Origin: a virus | Lineage: Duplodnaviria > Caudoviricetes | IMG/VR virus record: IMGVR_UViG_3300030095_005636 | Location: 1 to 44,078 of that record | Length of the DNA stretch: 44,078 nucleotides | Strand: one strand, 5' to 3' | Shown: piece by piece, positions 20,039-28,303 of the stretch | Position numbering within the stretch: position 1 is the stretch's first letter | How the letters are laid out: each line of letters opens with the position of its first letter | Notes under the pieces: model-generated | The model's database searches: none | What the model was told of the DNA's origin: nothing | The model's input: the letters and a program-made list of their open reading frames with translations, nothing else | Position numbers and translations under genes: made by a program

Positions 20039-21098
20039 AGTGTTAGATTTGTTTGCTGGTATTGGTGGTTTCAGTTATGGTTTAGAATCTACCGGTCATT
20101 TTGAGACTGTTGGATTTTGTGAGATGGATAAATTTTGTCAAAAAGTATTGGCAAAAAATTTTCCTAATATTAAAATATATGAAGATATAAGGAGTATCAA
20201 TGGAAAAGAAATTAAAGCAGATGTCGTTACTGGAGGGTTCCCATGTCAAGGGTTCAGTCAAGCAGGAAAACAAAAAGGAACAAGTGACGAGCGCTATCTC
20301 TGGCCAGAAATGTTTCGAGTCATTTCCGAGGTTAAACCAAGGTGGGTTATTGGGGAAAATGTGCAAGGTATTATTAACATCGAGAACGGCATGGTTCTCC
20401 GACAGGTGCACAATGACTTGGAAAGTGAAGGTTTCGAAGTCCAATGTTTCGTTATTCCAGCTTCAGGCAAAGGTGCTTGGCACCAAAGAAACAGAGTTTG
20501 GATTATTGGCTACTCCGCAGACAATGGCAATGTATCCAACACCCAACACCAACGATGGAGCGACCAATCCAGCAGAGGATATAGAGAATTGGGAGAAGAG
20601 AGCAGAGAAGAAGAAAAAAGAGGGGATCAATCTGCATTATGCTCTACGACATGCAGTTCAGAAAGAGGCACATACAATGTATCCAACACCGACAGTCAGT
20701 TGTCAAATGGATGTAGTGGCATCTCCGGAAACAGTGAAACAAAACAAAAGCGGTTGGACAGTAACGAGAAAGAAATCAGGGACACGATTCGGAGCAAAAC
20801 TAAACGATGTAGTGAACAAATTGGAGACAGAGATGCTACCCACTCCAAGAGCAAGGGACTACAAGGATATAGCTTACAATCCAAATTGGAGACCCCATCG
20901 AGACAAAACATTACCCAATCAAGTTCTAAAGAACAATACACATGGTGGCAAGCTGAATGCAGACTTCGTGAGCTTCCTCATGGGATATCCTACGACTTGG
21001 ACAAAAATAGAGTCCACAGAATAAAAGCCCTTGGAAACTCTATAGTTCCCCAGGTTGTTTATGAATTTGGTTTAGCTATAATAGAAGCAGAGAAATGA
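20028..21098 (+). CDS. C5-cytosine DNA methyltransferase, alpha polypeptide (motifs I-VIII and X)
   Basis: DLFAGIGG (I), GGFPCQ (IV), ENV (VI), QRNR (VIII), ALGNSIVP (X); motif IX is absent from this frame. Confidence 0.92.
   Translation: MKLKVLDLFAGIGGFSYGLESTGHFETVGFCEMDKFCQKVLAKNFPNIKIYEDIRSINGKEIKADVVTGGFPCQGFSQAGKQKGTSDERYLWPEMFRVISEVKPRWVIGENVQGIINIENGMVLRQVHNDLESEGFEVQCFVIPASGKGAWHQRNRVWIIGYSADNGNVSNTQHQRWSDQSSRGYRELGEESREEEKRGDQSALCSTTCSSERGTYNVSNTDSQLSNGCSGISGNSETKQKRLDSNEKEIRDTIRSKTKRCSEQIGDRDATHSKSKGLQGYSLQSKLETPSRQNITQSSSKEQYTWWQAECRLRELPHGISYDLDKNRVHRIKALGNSIVPQVVYEFGLAIIEAEK
20200..21024 (+). CDS. Nested alternative-frame beta polypeptide of the C5 methyltransferase (PTP repeats plus motif IX)
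   Basis: AAGGAG at 20189-20194, 5 nt before the ATG; four (A/P)TP repeats; C-terminal LNADFVSFLMGYPTTWT resembles motif IX. Confidence 0.8.
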   Translation: MEKKLKQMSLLEGSHVKGSVKQENKKEQVTSAISGQKCFESFPRLNQGGLLGKMCKVLLTSRTAWFSDRCTMTWKVKVSKSNVSLFQLQAKVLGTKETEFGLLATPQTMAMYPTPNTNDGATNPAEDIENWEKRAEKKKKEGINLHYALRHAVQKEAHTMYPTPTVSCQMDVVASPETVKQNKSGWTVTRKKSGTRFGAKLNDVVNKLETEMLPTPRARDYKDIAYNPNWRPHRDKTLPNQVLKNNTHGGKLNADFVSFLMGYPTTWTKIESTE

Positions 21099-22966
21099 CA
21101 GCATTACAATTAAACTTTAATTTTAAAAAAAATATTTGGGCCGCGCCAATTGAGTATAAAGATTTGCGTGAGGCTAAAGAAATTGCAATTGATTTAGAAA
21201 CAAGAGATGAAGGGATTAACAGTGGTCGAGGAGCAGGTTGGGCTACTAAAAAAGGAGAGATTATTGGGTTTGCAGTTGCTACCGAAGGTTGGGAGGGTTA
21301 TTATCCCTTCGGTCATTTTGGAGGGGGTAATTTAATTAAAGAACAAGTTTTAAACTACATGCATGATGTTTGTAAACTACCTTGCACAAAAATATTTCAC
21401 AATGCTCAATACGATGTAGGATGGCTTCAAGCTTATGGAATAGATGTTAAAGGTTCGATTGTTGATACCATGATTGCAGGCGCTTTGATTGATGAGAATA
21501 GATATACTTATAAGTTGAATGCTTTAGCCAAAGATTATTTAGGAGAGTTAAAAGCTGAAACTGATTTAAGAGAAGCCGCTAAAGCGCATGGAGTAGATCC
21601 AAAAGGAGAAATGTGGATGTTACCGGCAGAACATGTGGGATATTACGCAGAACAAGATGCACGGCTCACGTATCTTTTATGGCAACGCTTTAAACATGAA
21701 ATTGCTTCTCAAAGTTTAGAAACTATTTGGGATTTAGAAAGTAAACTGTTGCCTATACTTATTAAAATGAGAATGAAAGGTATTCGAGTGGATACAGAAA
21801 AAGCATCGATCTTACAAAAAGATTTTTCTTCTAAAGAAAAAACAATCTTATTAAAAATAAAAAAATTAGTGGGCAAAGACATTGATATTTGGAATGCTCG
21901 ACAAATTGGTTTTGCTTTTGATAAATTAGATATTGAATATCCTAAAACAATTAAAACTCAAGAACCTAGTTTTACTCAAAATTGGTTGAGTAATAACCCT
22001 CATGAAATTAGTAAGTTGATTGTCCAGGCAAGGGAGGTCAATAAATTTCATAACACATTTTTAAATTCTATTATGAAATTTGCGCATAAAGGTAGAATCC
22101 ATGCCGAAATCAATCAATTGCGCTCAGACTCTGGAGGAACAGTAAGTGGTCGTTTGTCTATGTCTAGTCCAAACTTGCAACAATTACCGGCAAGAAACAA
22201 AGAGTTTGGTCCATTGATTCGAGGTCTTTTCTTACCGGAAGAAGGATGTAAGTGGGGTAGTTTTGATTACTCGCAACAAGAACCACGGCTCGTGGTTCAC
22301 TATGCTGCTTCTATCGGAGAAGGGTATCAAGGTTCGCAAGAGTTAGTGGAAGCTTATGCAAATGCCGATGCAGATTTTCACCAAACTGTTGCAGACATTT
22401 GTGGTATTGAAAGAAAACAAGCAAAGACAATTGGATTAGGTTTAATGTATGGCATGGGTAAAAATAAATTAGCAAATATGTTAGGGTTAGAGTTTGTGGA
22501 GGCTAAAAATTTAATTGATCAATACAATCAAAAAGTTCCTTTTGTTAAACTGTTATCAGATCGGTGTATGAAAAAAGCTGAGAGTGAAGGCATTATTAGA
22601 ACAAAACTGGGACGTAAGTGTCGTTTTAATATGTGGCAACCCAGAGACTTTGGTATTTATAATCCAGAAACTTTTGAGAATGCTTCTGCAAAATATGGTT
22701 CACATAATATAAAACGGGCTTTTACTTACAAAGCATTAAACCGATTGATTCAAGGATCTGCGGCCGATCAAACAAAACAAGCAGTTGTTTCGTGTCATGA
22801 GTTAGGGTTCACTCCTTTATTACAAATTCATGATGAACTGTGTTTTAATATTGAGAGTCAAGAGCAAGTAGATAAAATCGTGAGAGAGATGGAGGGTTGC
22901 GTGAAACTGAAGGTTCCAAGTGTAATAGACATTGCTTTAGGCAAAGACTTCGGAGAAGCTACCTAA
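21095..22966 (+). CDS. polA: DNA polymerase family A with 3'-5' exonuclease domain
   Basis: IDLET, FHNAQYD, YAEQD exonuclease motifs; DYSQQE (motif A), RKQAKTIGLGLMYG (motif B), QIHDE (motif C). Confidence 0.95.
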   Translation: MTALQLNFNFKKNIWAAPIEYKDLREAKEIAIDLETRDEGINSGRGAGWATKKGEIIGFAVATEGWEGYYPFGHFGGGNLIKEQVLNYMHDVCKLPCTKIFHNAQYDVGWLQAYGIDVKGSIVDTMIAGALIDENRYTYKLNALAKDYLGELKAETDLREAAKAHGVDPKGEMWMLPAEHVGYYAEQDARLTYLLWQRFKHEIASQSLETIWDLESKLLPILIKMRMKGIRVDTEKASILQKDFSSKEKTILLKIKKLVGKDIDIWNARQIGFAFDKLDIEYPKTIKTQEPSFTQNWLSNNPHEISKLIVQAREVNKFHNTFLNSIMKFAHKGRIHAEINQLRSDSGGTVSGRLSMSSPNLQQLPARNKEFGPLIRGLFLPEEGCKWGSFDYSQQEPRLVVHYAASIGEGYQGSQELVEAYANADADFHQTVADICGIERKQAKTIGLGLMYGMGKNKLANMLGLEFVEAKNLIDQYNQKVPFVKLLSDRCMKKAESEGIIRTKLGRKCRFNMWQPRDFGIYNPETFENASAKYGSHNIKRAFTYKALNRLIQGSAADQTKQAVVSCHELGFTPLLQIHDELCFNIESQEQVDKIVREMEGCVKLKVPSVIDIALGKDFGEAT

Positions 22967-23126
22967 TTTGTTTTGCTTTACTGATATCTTTTAAAATTAA
23001 AACTTGTTTAATAGCATCAATTTTTTTTTCAATATGTTTCATCTCGATAGAATATACGCCAGTTGTAGTATAACTTGCATTCCATTGCGATTCTAAAAGC
23101 ATTTTTTGTGCGACTAATGGTTCCAT
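22959..23126 (-). CDS. Small hypothetical protein (55 aa)
   Basis: ACGAAAGGAG RBS on the minus strand before ATG at 23126 (MEPLVAQK...). Confidence 0.65.
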   Translation of the reverse strand: MEPLVAQKMLLESQWNASYTTTGVYSIEMKHIEKKIDAIKQVLILKDISKAKQIR

Positions 23127-23246
23127 TTTTTTACTCCTTTCGTAGTTCATGATACAAAATAATTTGATTTTGTCAATATCCCTTGACATATCCCATGTAA
23201 ACTGATTGTATGATATATTATAACTTAACAAGAAAGGACAATCCTT
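23127..23246. promoter_or_regulatory. Divergent promoter region
   Basis: Back-to-back -35 hexamers (TGTCAA...TTGACA) between divergent genes, with an RBS on each side. Confidence 0.6.
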
Positions 23247-23450
23247 ATGGATATTACTAAATGGAAATCAGTTGCAGTTCGCATTGAAGACTATCACTTA
23301 TTGAAAGGTTTATGTGACCTTAAATATAGAGCGCCAGCAGCGATGATTGGTAAATTACTGAACGATTATATAAATTATGTAGCAGAAAAGGATAAGATTA
23401 AACCTGAAGCTTTAAAAAAGAAACTTATGAATGGTCATGTCAATGGTTGA
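23247..23450 (+). CDS. Putative ribbon-helix-helix DNA-binding regulator
   Basis: KWKSVAVRIEDYHLL: alternating beta strand followed by two helices; 67 aa; strong RBS. Confidence 0.6.
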   Translation: MDITKWKSVAVRIEDYHLLKGLCDLKYRAPAAMIGKLLNDYINYVAEKDKIKPEALKKKLMNGHVNG

Positions 23451-23706
23451 TCAAAGATGGGCACCTTTTCTTTTGGTGTGTGAGGATCGAAAGTATGCTC
23501 AATCGTATAGAGATGATTCGTTAGAGCATACTGATTACAAAAAAGGTATTCATATCTCTGCGCCTAGCTATTTAAATATTGAAATGGATTCTGAATTTGA
23601 TTATGGTGGTAATTCCATGAAAGCCATACATGTTCAAAACTGTGTCCATTTTCAAAATCATAAATATATATTTTGTAAACTTAAAGAAGGAGCTAACCAA
23701 TGTTAG
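23431..23706 (+). CDS. Hypothetical protein
   Basis: Coupled ORF in the operon. Confidence 0.6.
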   Translation: MVMSMVDQRWAPFLLVCEDRKYAQSYRDDSLEHTDYKKGIHISAPSYLNIEMDSEFDYGGNSMKAIHVQNCVHFQNHKYIFCKLKEGANQC

Positions 23707-23900
23707 AATCGTTAATTTTAGGAGCCATCCTTAACATGTGGACAGTTAAAAACATTGATTTTTTTCATGCAAAAGCACATGCCGAAAAAACTATGAATTG
23801 TGAATGGGTAAATATTGAGGCACGACCCCCTCAAGATCCTGCCATTACTGTTTTTGGAAAAGTTTATTTTAAACAAAAATGTGTGAAAAACGATGATTAA
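23700..23900 (+). CDS. Hypothetical protein
   Basis: AAGGAG RBS; coupled. Confidence 0.65.
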   Translation: MLESLILGAILNMWTVKNIDFFHAKAHAEKTMNCEWVNIEARPPQDPAITVFGKVYFKQKCVKNDD

Positions 23901-24207
23901 AGAAACATCCATGTTTTTGTTTCTCTTAATTGGAGGAGGTAACTCTTATGAAGAGGCTTACATTGGTCGCATTCCATCTTGTTTGGATGCGGCCGATGTT
24001 TTAAAAAAAGCAAAACAAAGTCATAAATATAGAGAAAAAATAATCTCTGGGTACATATGTATTGATAGTCAATCGTTTACTGCACGAAAAAAATTTCAAC
24101 GAAAACCAAATCCGGCAGAAGAAAAGTTCATAAACGATATGAGAGAACACTTGCCCACACCCATGCCCAAACCACTTCAACCTTTACAACGAAAGGAAAT
24201 AAAATGA
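23893..24207 (+). CDS. Hypothetical protein
   Basis: Coupled ORF with a hydrophobic N-terminus. Confidence 0.6.
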   Translation: MIKETSMFLFLLIGGGNSYEEAYIGRIPSCLDAADVLKKAKQSHKYREKIISGYICIDSQSFTARKKFQRKPNPAEEKFINDMREHLPTPMPKPLQPLQRKEIK

Positions 24208-24410
24208 TACAAGCATACAAAAAACGAATCAAAAAACATAAACATGTTAGCGCAGATACCATGCATTATTTTGTAAATGAAATTTATGAATTCTATGATT
24301 CTGGTAAAATTTCATCACAACAAGCCGACCTTTTAATCGCAGAAATCTCTGCACGATTTTTAAAAGAAAAATCTTTGCTTTACGAAGTGAAGTCAAGAGT
24401 GTATGTGTAA
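24204..24410 (+). CDS. Hypothetical protein
   Basis: AACGAAAGGA RBS at 24188. Confidence 0.65.
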   Translation: MIQAYKKRIKKHKHVSADTMHYFVNEIYEFYDSGKISSQQADLLIAEISARFLKEKSLLYEVKSRVYV

Positions 24411-24412
24411 GT

Positions 24413-24565
24413 ATGGTTTATTCATTAACACCCACTTTAACTTACATCACCGAAGATCATTACGTCTGTGATGAAAGAGGACATAGAGCTAAAACAAGTT
24501 CTGGCAGTTATGTCAAAGTGCCCAAAGAATACCTTAAATACTATACTGTGTTGAAAAACAAGTAA
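24413..24565 (+). CDS. 50-aa hypothetical protein (not in ORF track)
   Basis: MVYSLTPTLTYITEDHYVCDERGHRAKTSSGSYVKVPKEYLKYYTVLKNK*; fills the gap and its TAATG overlaps the next start. Confidence 0.5.
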   Translation: MVYSLTPTLTYITEDHYVCDERGHRAKTSSGSYVKVPKEYLKYYTVLKNK

Positions 24566-24702
24566 TGTCCTCCAAAGACTGTTGGACAGGCATGTTTACT
24601 TGTAAAAATTGTAAGGTAGACTATCACTTAAGTAGTTATACTACAAAAAATGGGGTGACATGTCGTTTTTGTACAGTACAAACAAATGGTAAGAAGAGAT
24701 GA
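24565..24702 (+). CDS. 45-aa zinc-finger-like protein (not in ORF track)
   Basis: CKNC...CRFC pairs. Confidence 0.55.
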   Translation: MSSKDCWTGMFTCKNCKVDYHLSSYTTKNGVTCRFCTVQTNGKKR

Positions 24703-24844
24703 AGATGAAATCTATGAACCTTGCAGCCATTGTAGAGGTTATGGGTACTTTATTACCAAACGTGTAAGAATACGAAAACCAAAAATTTTACAAACGATCG
24801 CATGTGACCAATGTAAAGGGTCCGGAAGACGTGGGGTACAATAA
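24686..24844 (+). CDS. 52-aa DnaJ-type zinc-finger protein (not in ORF track)
   Basis: Two CxxCxGxG motifs: CSHCRGYG and CDQCKGSG. Confidence 0.7.
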   Translation: MVRRDEDEIYEPCSHCRGYGYFITKRVRIRKPKILQTIACDQCKGSGRRGVQ

Positions 24845-25145
24845 ACATAATCGCATTTCTAATGAAGATTTGTTTGTAGAAAATTCTACTTACACTAATC
24901 GAACACGCATCAAGGAACGTCTACTTAAAGAATTTAACTTTAAATATGAATGCTCTATTTGTAAAAATAAAGGGGTTTGGGAAGGAAAAAAACTTTCTCT
25001 TGTATTAGATCACATCAATGGTAATAATAAAGATAATAGGATTAATAACCTAAGACTTGTTTGTTCAAATTGCGATAGTCAACTGCCTACCTATAAGTCT
25101 AAAAATATTAAGTACCAACGAGACATGAATGACGAATCAAAATAA
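24831..25145 (+). CDS. HNH endonuclease
   Basis: CSIC...LDHINGNNKDNRINNLRLVCSNC; GTG at 24831 is the likely start (track gives 24804). Confidence 0.85.
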   Translation: MGYNKHNRISNEDLFVENSTYTNRTRIKERLLKEFNFKYECSICKNKGVWEGKKLSLVLDHINGNNKDNRINNLRLVCSNCDSQLPTYKSKNIKYQRDMNDESK

Positions 25146-25166
25146 ACCTTTTTTCAAGGAGTATTT

Positions 25167-25394
25167 ATGTCTGACCAGGAGAATATAGAAAAACTTTTTA
25201 AATTATTAGCCGAGAATCTTGATCATACAACTTATGTTGATATTGTAGACCTAATGTTAGAAATTAATTTAGGACATCCACTTTTTTTAGACATGAGTGA
25301 ATATGCCGAGCACCCCGATTCTATAAAAACGAAACCTGGTACACGGCCCACGGCTCATAAATTGTTTGAAGTGATTGATGGTTTTAAAAAATGA
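25167..25394 (+). CDS. Hypothetical protein
   Basis: AAGGAG RBS. Confidence 0.65.
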   Translation: MSDQENIEKLFKLLAENLDHTTYVDIVDLMLEINLGHPLFLDMSEYAEHPDSIKTKPGTRPTAHKLFEVIDGFKK

Positions 25395-25627
25395 TAGAAA
25401 AAATGGCAAAGAAATTTGATTGGAAAAAAATAATTGAAGAAGTGACAGAGACAAAAGAAACAGTGTTTTTAGATCCTACCAAAATGTCTTCTGATGAAAG
25501 ACATGAATTAATAGAAGGTTTATATGTTGATTACATGTATTTTTTAGCGCAGAAAAAACCTCCTCTTAAAATACTTAAAAATTACAAAATGATAATATCA
25601 GAATTAGTAAAAAATTTTGCTCACTGA
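25391..25627 (+). CDS. Hypothetical protein
   Basis: ATGA-coupled. Confidence 0.65.
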   Translation: MIEKMAKKFDWKKIIEEVTETKETVFLDPTKMSSDERHELIEGLYVDYMYFLAQKKPPLKILKNYKMIISELVKNFAH

Positions 25628-26094
25628 TGTCTACCTCACCACATTTACTTCAAGTCATGGGCTTAAAATTTGCCAGAAGCATCTTAGATAAAGAAATTGA
25701 TGGTGAACAAAAATTATGGAGAGCTGTTGTGGTCAATGCATTTGATGACACATTGATTGAATTATCCGATAGAAAAATGTCTCTTTTTAAAATATCTGCA
25801 CATAACTGGATTATAGGTCATTCAAAAGAATTTCAATTAGTTTGTTACTGGGGTAAATTAGATCCAGATGATATGAAGGAATGTTATGTTAAAGCTTTAA
25901 AAAACCATGATGTTAAGTTTAATCAACGACAACTTATGTGGAAAAAATATGATAATTTATACAAAATGATGTTGAGTGCAGAAGATAAATTTGATAGAAA
26001 AATTAAACGAAAAAAAGTAGATGATTTTAGAAAAGAGGTCCAAAATACTCCTACAACTTATGTTTCAACAGTAGTAGTTTCAGTTTTAGTATAG
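25627..26094 (+). CDS. Conserved phage hypothetical protein
   Basis: EQKLWRAVVVNAFDD...AHNW....F..VC....LDP pattern; coupled. Confidence 0.7.
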   Translation: MSTSPHLLQVMGLKFARSILDKEIDGEQKLWRAVVVNAFDDTLIELSDRKMSLFKISAHNWIIGHSKEFQLVCYWGKLDPDDMKECYVKALKNHDVKFNQRQLMWKKYDNLYKMMLSAEDKFDRKIKRKKVDDFRKEVQNTPTTYVSTVVVSVLV

Positions 26095-26308
26095 TATCAA
26101 ATTTAATCATGTTTCGATAATGTACAAATATCATACCACAACATAAAATAAACATTGAATATAGATTCATAGAATAACACCAACTAATCCATATAATTTG
26201 TGAAACAAATCCAATTAATGGTGCATACCATACTTTGTTTCCATAAAAATAGACTGAAACAATTGCAGAAATCGCCGCCGAAAATTCAAGAATTTGGAAA
26301 ATTGTCAT
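26051..26308 (-). CDS. Small multi-pass membrane protein
   Basis: Three hydrophobic segments; start uncertain (26308 or 26338). Confidence 0.55.
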   Translation of the reverse strand: MTIFQILEFSAAISAIVSVYFYGNKVWYAPLIGFVSQIIWISWCYSMNLYSMFILCCGMIFVHYRNMIKFDTILKLKLLLLKHKL

Positions 26309-26416
26309 AAAAAAGGGTAACATAATTATATAAATCACACTACCCTTCTTTTAAACGAAAGGTGAGATTTTATATCTCCCAATAATCATATCATAAATAT
26401 ATTTGCATACAAGACA

Positions 26417-26580
26417 TTTTCCTAAAATCCTAGTATACTGTTCCTTACAAATTAAAAAAAAAAGTAAAAGGTAAAATAGAGCAATATTTTAGGAAAACCA
26501 GGAAAACAAGCAGAAAACAAGGAAATATTGCAAAAAGTTTTAGGAAAGTTTTAGGAAAAATTCCTAAAAAACAGGAAAAT
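26417..26580. repeat. Cluster of (T/C)AGGAAA direct and inverted repeats upstream of terS
   Basis: TTTTAGGAAA x3, CAGGAAAA x2, AAGGAAA, and inverted TTCCTAAAA x2. Confidence 0.75.
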
Positions 26581-26670
26581 AATCATATTTTATAAAATTT
26601 TTACTGAAATGTTGCATTTTTTTTTATTTTTTTTATTTTGTAAGTAATGTATATAGAGTAAAATAGAAAA

Positions 26671-27189
26671 ATGGGAAAAAAACCAAATGCGTTAAAAACT
26701 ACTATTGAGTTAACTGCCCAACAAAGAAAATTTGTAGATATTTTAGTCGCAAATTGGGGTCAAATCAAAAAAGTAGATGCAGCAGAGCAAGCTGGATATA
26801 AATCTAAAAATGGTAAACCATATGAAATCGCCAGTAGGTTGTTAAATCCAGATTTAAATCCACATGTTTGTAGATATTTAGAAAAAAAATTACAAAAAGA
26901 GACAGAAAAATACGAAAAAGATAAATTAAGACGATTTAAAACATTTGAACGATTGCGAAATGGTGCAGAAGTTAAAGGTCAATATACTGGAGCTATAAAT
27001 GCCGAATTTAGGTCTGGTCAAATGGCTGGAATGTTTGTAGATAAAAAAGAAATAACACACTCAACATTAGAGGGAATGTCAAGGGATCAATTAGAAAAAA
27101 GGTTAAATGAATTAGAAACAAAAATTAATGATTCTGCTTCAATCATAGATGTAAGCCCAGACAAAATAAAAGATTTGTCTGAGCCATAA
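26671..27189 (+). CDS. terS: Terminase small subunit
   Basis: LTAQQRKFV...AAEQAGY...ASRLLNP HTH signature of the Terminase_2 type; C-terminal GMFVDKKEI. Confidence 0.8.
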   Translation: MGKKPNALKTTIELTAQQRKFVDILVANWGQIKKVDAAEQAGYKSKNGKPYEIASRLLNPDLNPHVCRYLEKKLQKETEKYEKDKLRRFKTFERLRNGAEVKGQYTGAINAEFRSGQMAGMFVDKKEITHSTLEGMSRDQLEKRLNELETKINDSASIIDVSPDKIKDLSEP

Positions 27190-27211
27190 TCACATAATCA
27201 TATAATCATAT
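27186..27211 (+). repeat. 8-bp tandem repeat ATAATCA(C/T) x3
   Basis: ataatcac ataatcat ataatcat at, directly at the terS stop. Confidence 0.75.
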
Positions 27212-27319
27212 TGAGATTATATCTATTTTTACATTTCCAACTTTCATAGACCTCTTTTTCTTGTCTTCAAAAGTTTTTTTTGCTTCTTTTATAAATTTAG
27301 TTTTCATTTTTTTATTCAT
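27206..27319 (-). CDS. Small basic hypothetical protein
   Basis: GGAG RBS (27329-27332, minus strand) before ATG 27319. Confidence 0.45.
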   Translation of the reverse strand: MNKKMKTKFIKEAKKTFEDKKKRSMKVGNVKIDIISI

Positions 27320-27611
27320 TTTTATTTTCTCCATTGTAATAATATTTTGTTGTTTTGTTAGTGGGTTCAACATCTCCTCTGCCGTCAGATTCACACTCTA
27401 CAATATAGTAATAACCTTTTTCTTGACTTTTTAAGGCACTAAAGGCATTGTTTACAGTATCAGTATAAAATGTATCTTGGTAATTTTCGTAACAGAGTAA
27501 CCTTTTGATTTCATCATAATTAAATTTATCACTCCACTCATCATACCACCAATTTCCACAAGGTGTCATAGTCTTGCCTTCCTCATTTAAAACTTTAAAA
27601 CATTTTTCCAT
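27312..27611 (-). CDS. Hypothetical early protein
   Basis: GGGAG RBS; 99 aa. Confidence 0.65.
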   Translation of the reverse strand: MEKCFKVLNEEGKTMTPCGNWWYDEWSDKFNYDEIKRLLCYENYQDTFYTDTVNNAFSALKSQEKGYYYIVECESDGRGDVEPTNKTTKYYYNGENKNE

Positions 27612-27615
27612 TTTT

Positions 27616-27939
27616 TTACTCCCTTGGTTGTTTGTTTAACATTTGAATTAATTTTTTAACCATATCAAAATTATCAGTTTCAAGGAGTGGAACATCAATT
27701 TCTCCATAATCTTTTTCTCGTGTTACATGAAATCTTTTAACATCTAATCCATTTTCTCTTTGCTCAAAATCTGGGTGGTCAATCCAAATTTGATATCCTT
27801 TATAAGCAAAACTTGGACAAACATCATTTCCATAAGAAATGTCTTCCCAAAACATGGGTATTGCTAATTTGGTTTTTAAATCTTTATTTGTAAAAAGGCA
27901 TTCCTCAAAATGGGAATATTGTACTTTTGTTTTAGTCAT
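27616..27939 (-). CDS. Hypothetical early protein
   Basis: WEDISYGNDVCPSF...WIDHPD...RE motif; GAGG RBS favours ATG 27939. Confidence 0.7.
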   Translation of the reverse strand: MTKTKVQYSHFEECLFTNKDLKTKLAIPMFWEDISYGNDVCPSFAYKGYQIWIDHPDFEQRENGLDVKRFHVTREKDYGEIDVPLLETDNFDMVKKLIQMLNKQPRE

Positions 27940-28159
27940 TATAACCCTCAACTTCCTTTTCTTCTAAATTATCTGTTTCTACATGGAGGTCATATTCTCT
28001 AACAAAAGTAATTACTTCATCTAATGAATCAGTGGCTACTAAAATTGTATCTCCAGACATATTAGAAATCACAAAAGTTTCTACATTATATTTTGTTTGG
28101 TCATCAACACTATTTATGGTGACTACCATATCTTTTTGTTTTGATACTATAAATCTCAT
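27932..28159 (-). CDS. Hypothetical early protein
   Basis: AACGAAAGG leader at 28168-28176 (minus strand). Confidence 0.7.
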   Translation of the reverse strand: MRFIVSKQKDMVVTINSVDDQTKYNVETFVISNMSGDTILVATDSLDEVITFVREYDLHVETDNLEEKEVEGYND

Positions 28160-28303
28160 TTTATTTACCTTTCGTTAAAATTAAAATTATATTACAGTTG
28201 ATAGTAGCCTCCCATAAATCATGAGTCAAGATGTTTTTTTTATTGACATGCTTTTTGTGTTTGATAATATAGTTATATCATTAACAAATAACGAAAGGAT
28301 TAA
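28160..28303. promoter_or_regulatory. Divergent early promoters
   Basis: TTGACT on the minus strand (about 28224-28229) and TTGACA on the plus strand (28243-28248), each followed by an AACGAAAGG leader. Confidence 0.7.

Noticed and set aside
20200-21024. Methyltransferase as a frameshifted pseudogene or sequencing error
   Set aside because: Both frames are intact, motif X returns in the alpha frame, and the nested frame has its own strong RBS, which fits a two-peptide design.
22959-23231. 90-aa version of the minus-strand ORF
   Set aside because: The upstream extension runs through the divergent promoter, and the RBS supports a start at 23126.
26354-26384. AACGAAAGG leader followed by GTG
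   Set aside because: The following frame is only 7 codons and the GTG overlaps the motif, so it is not called as a gene.
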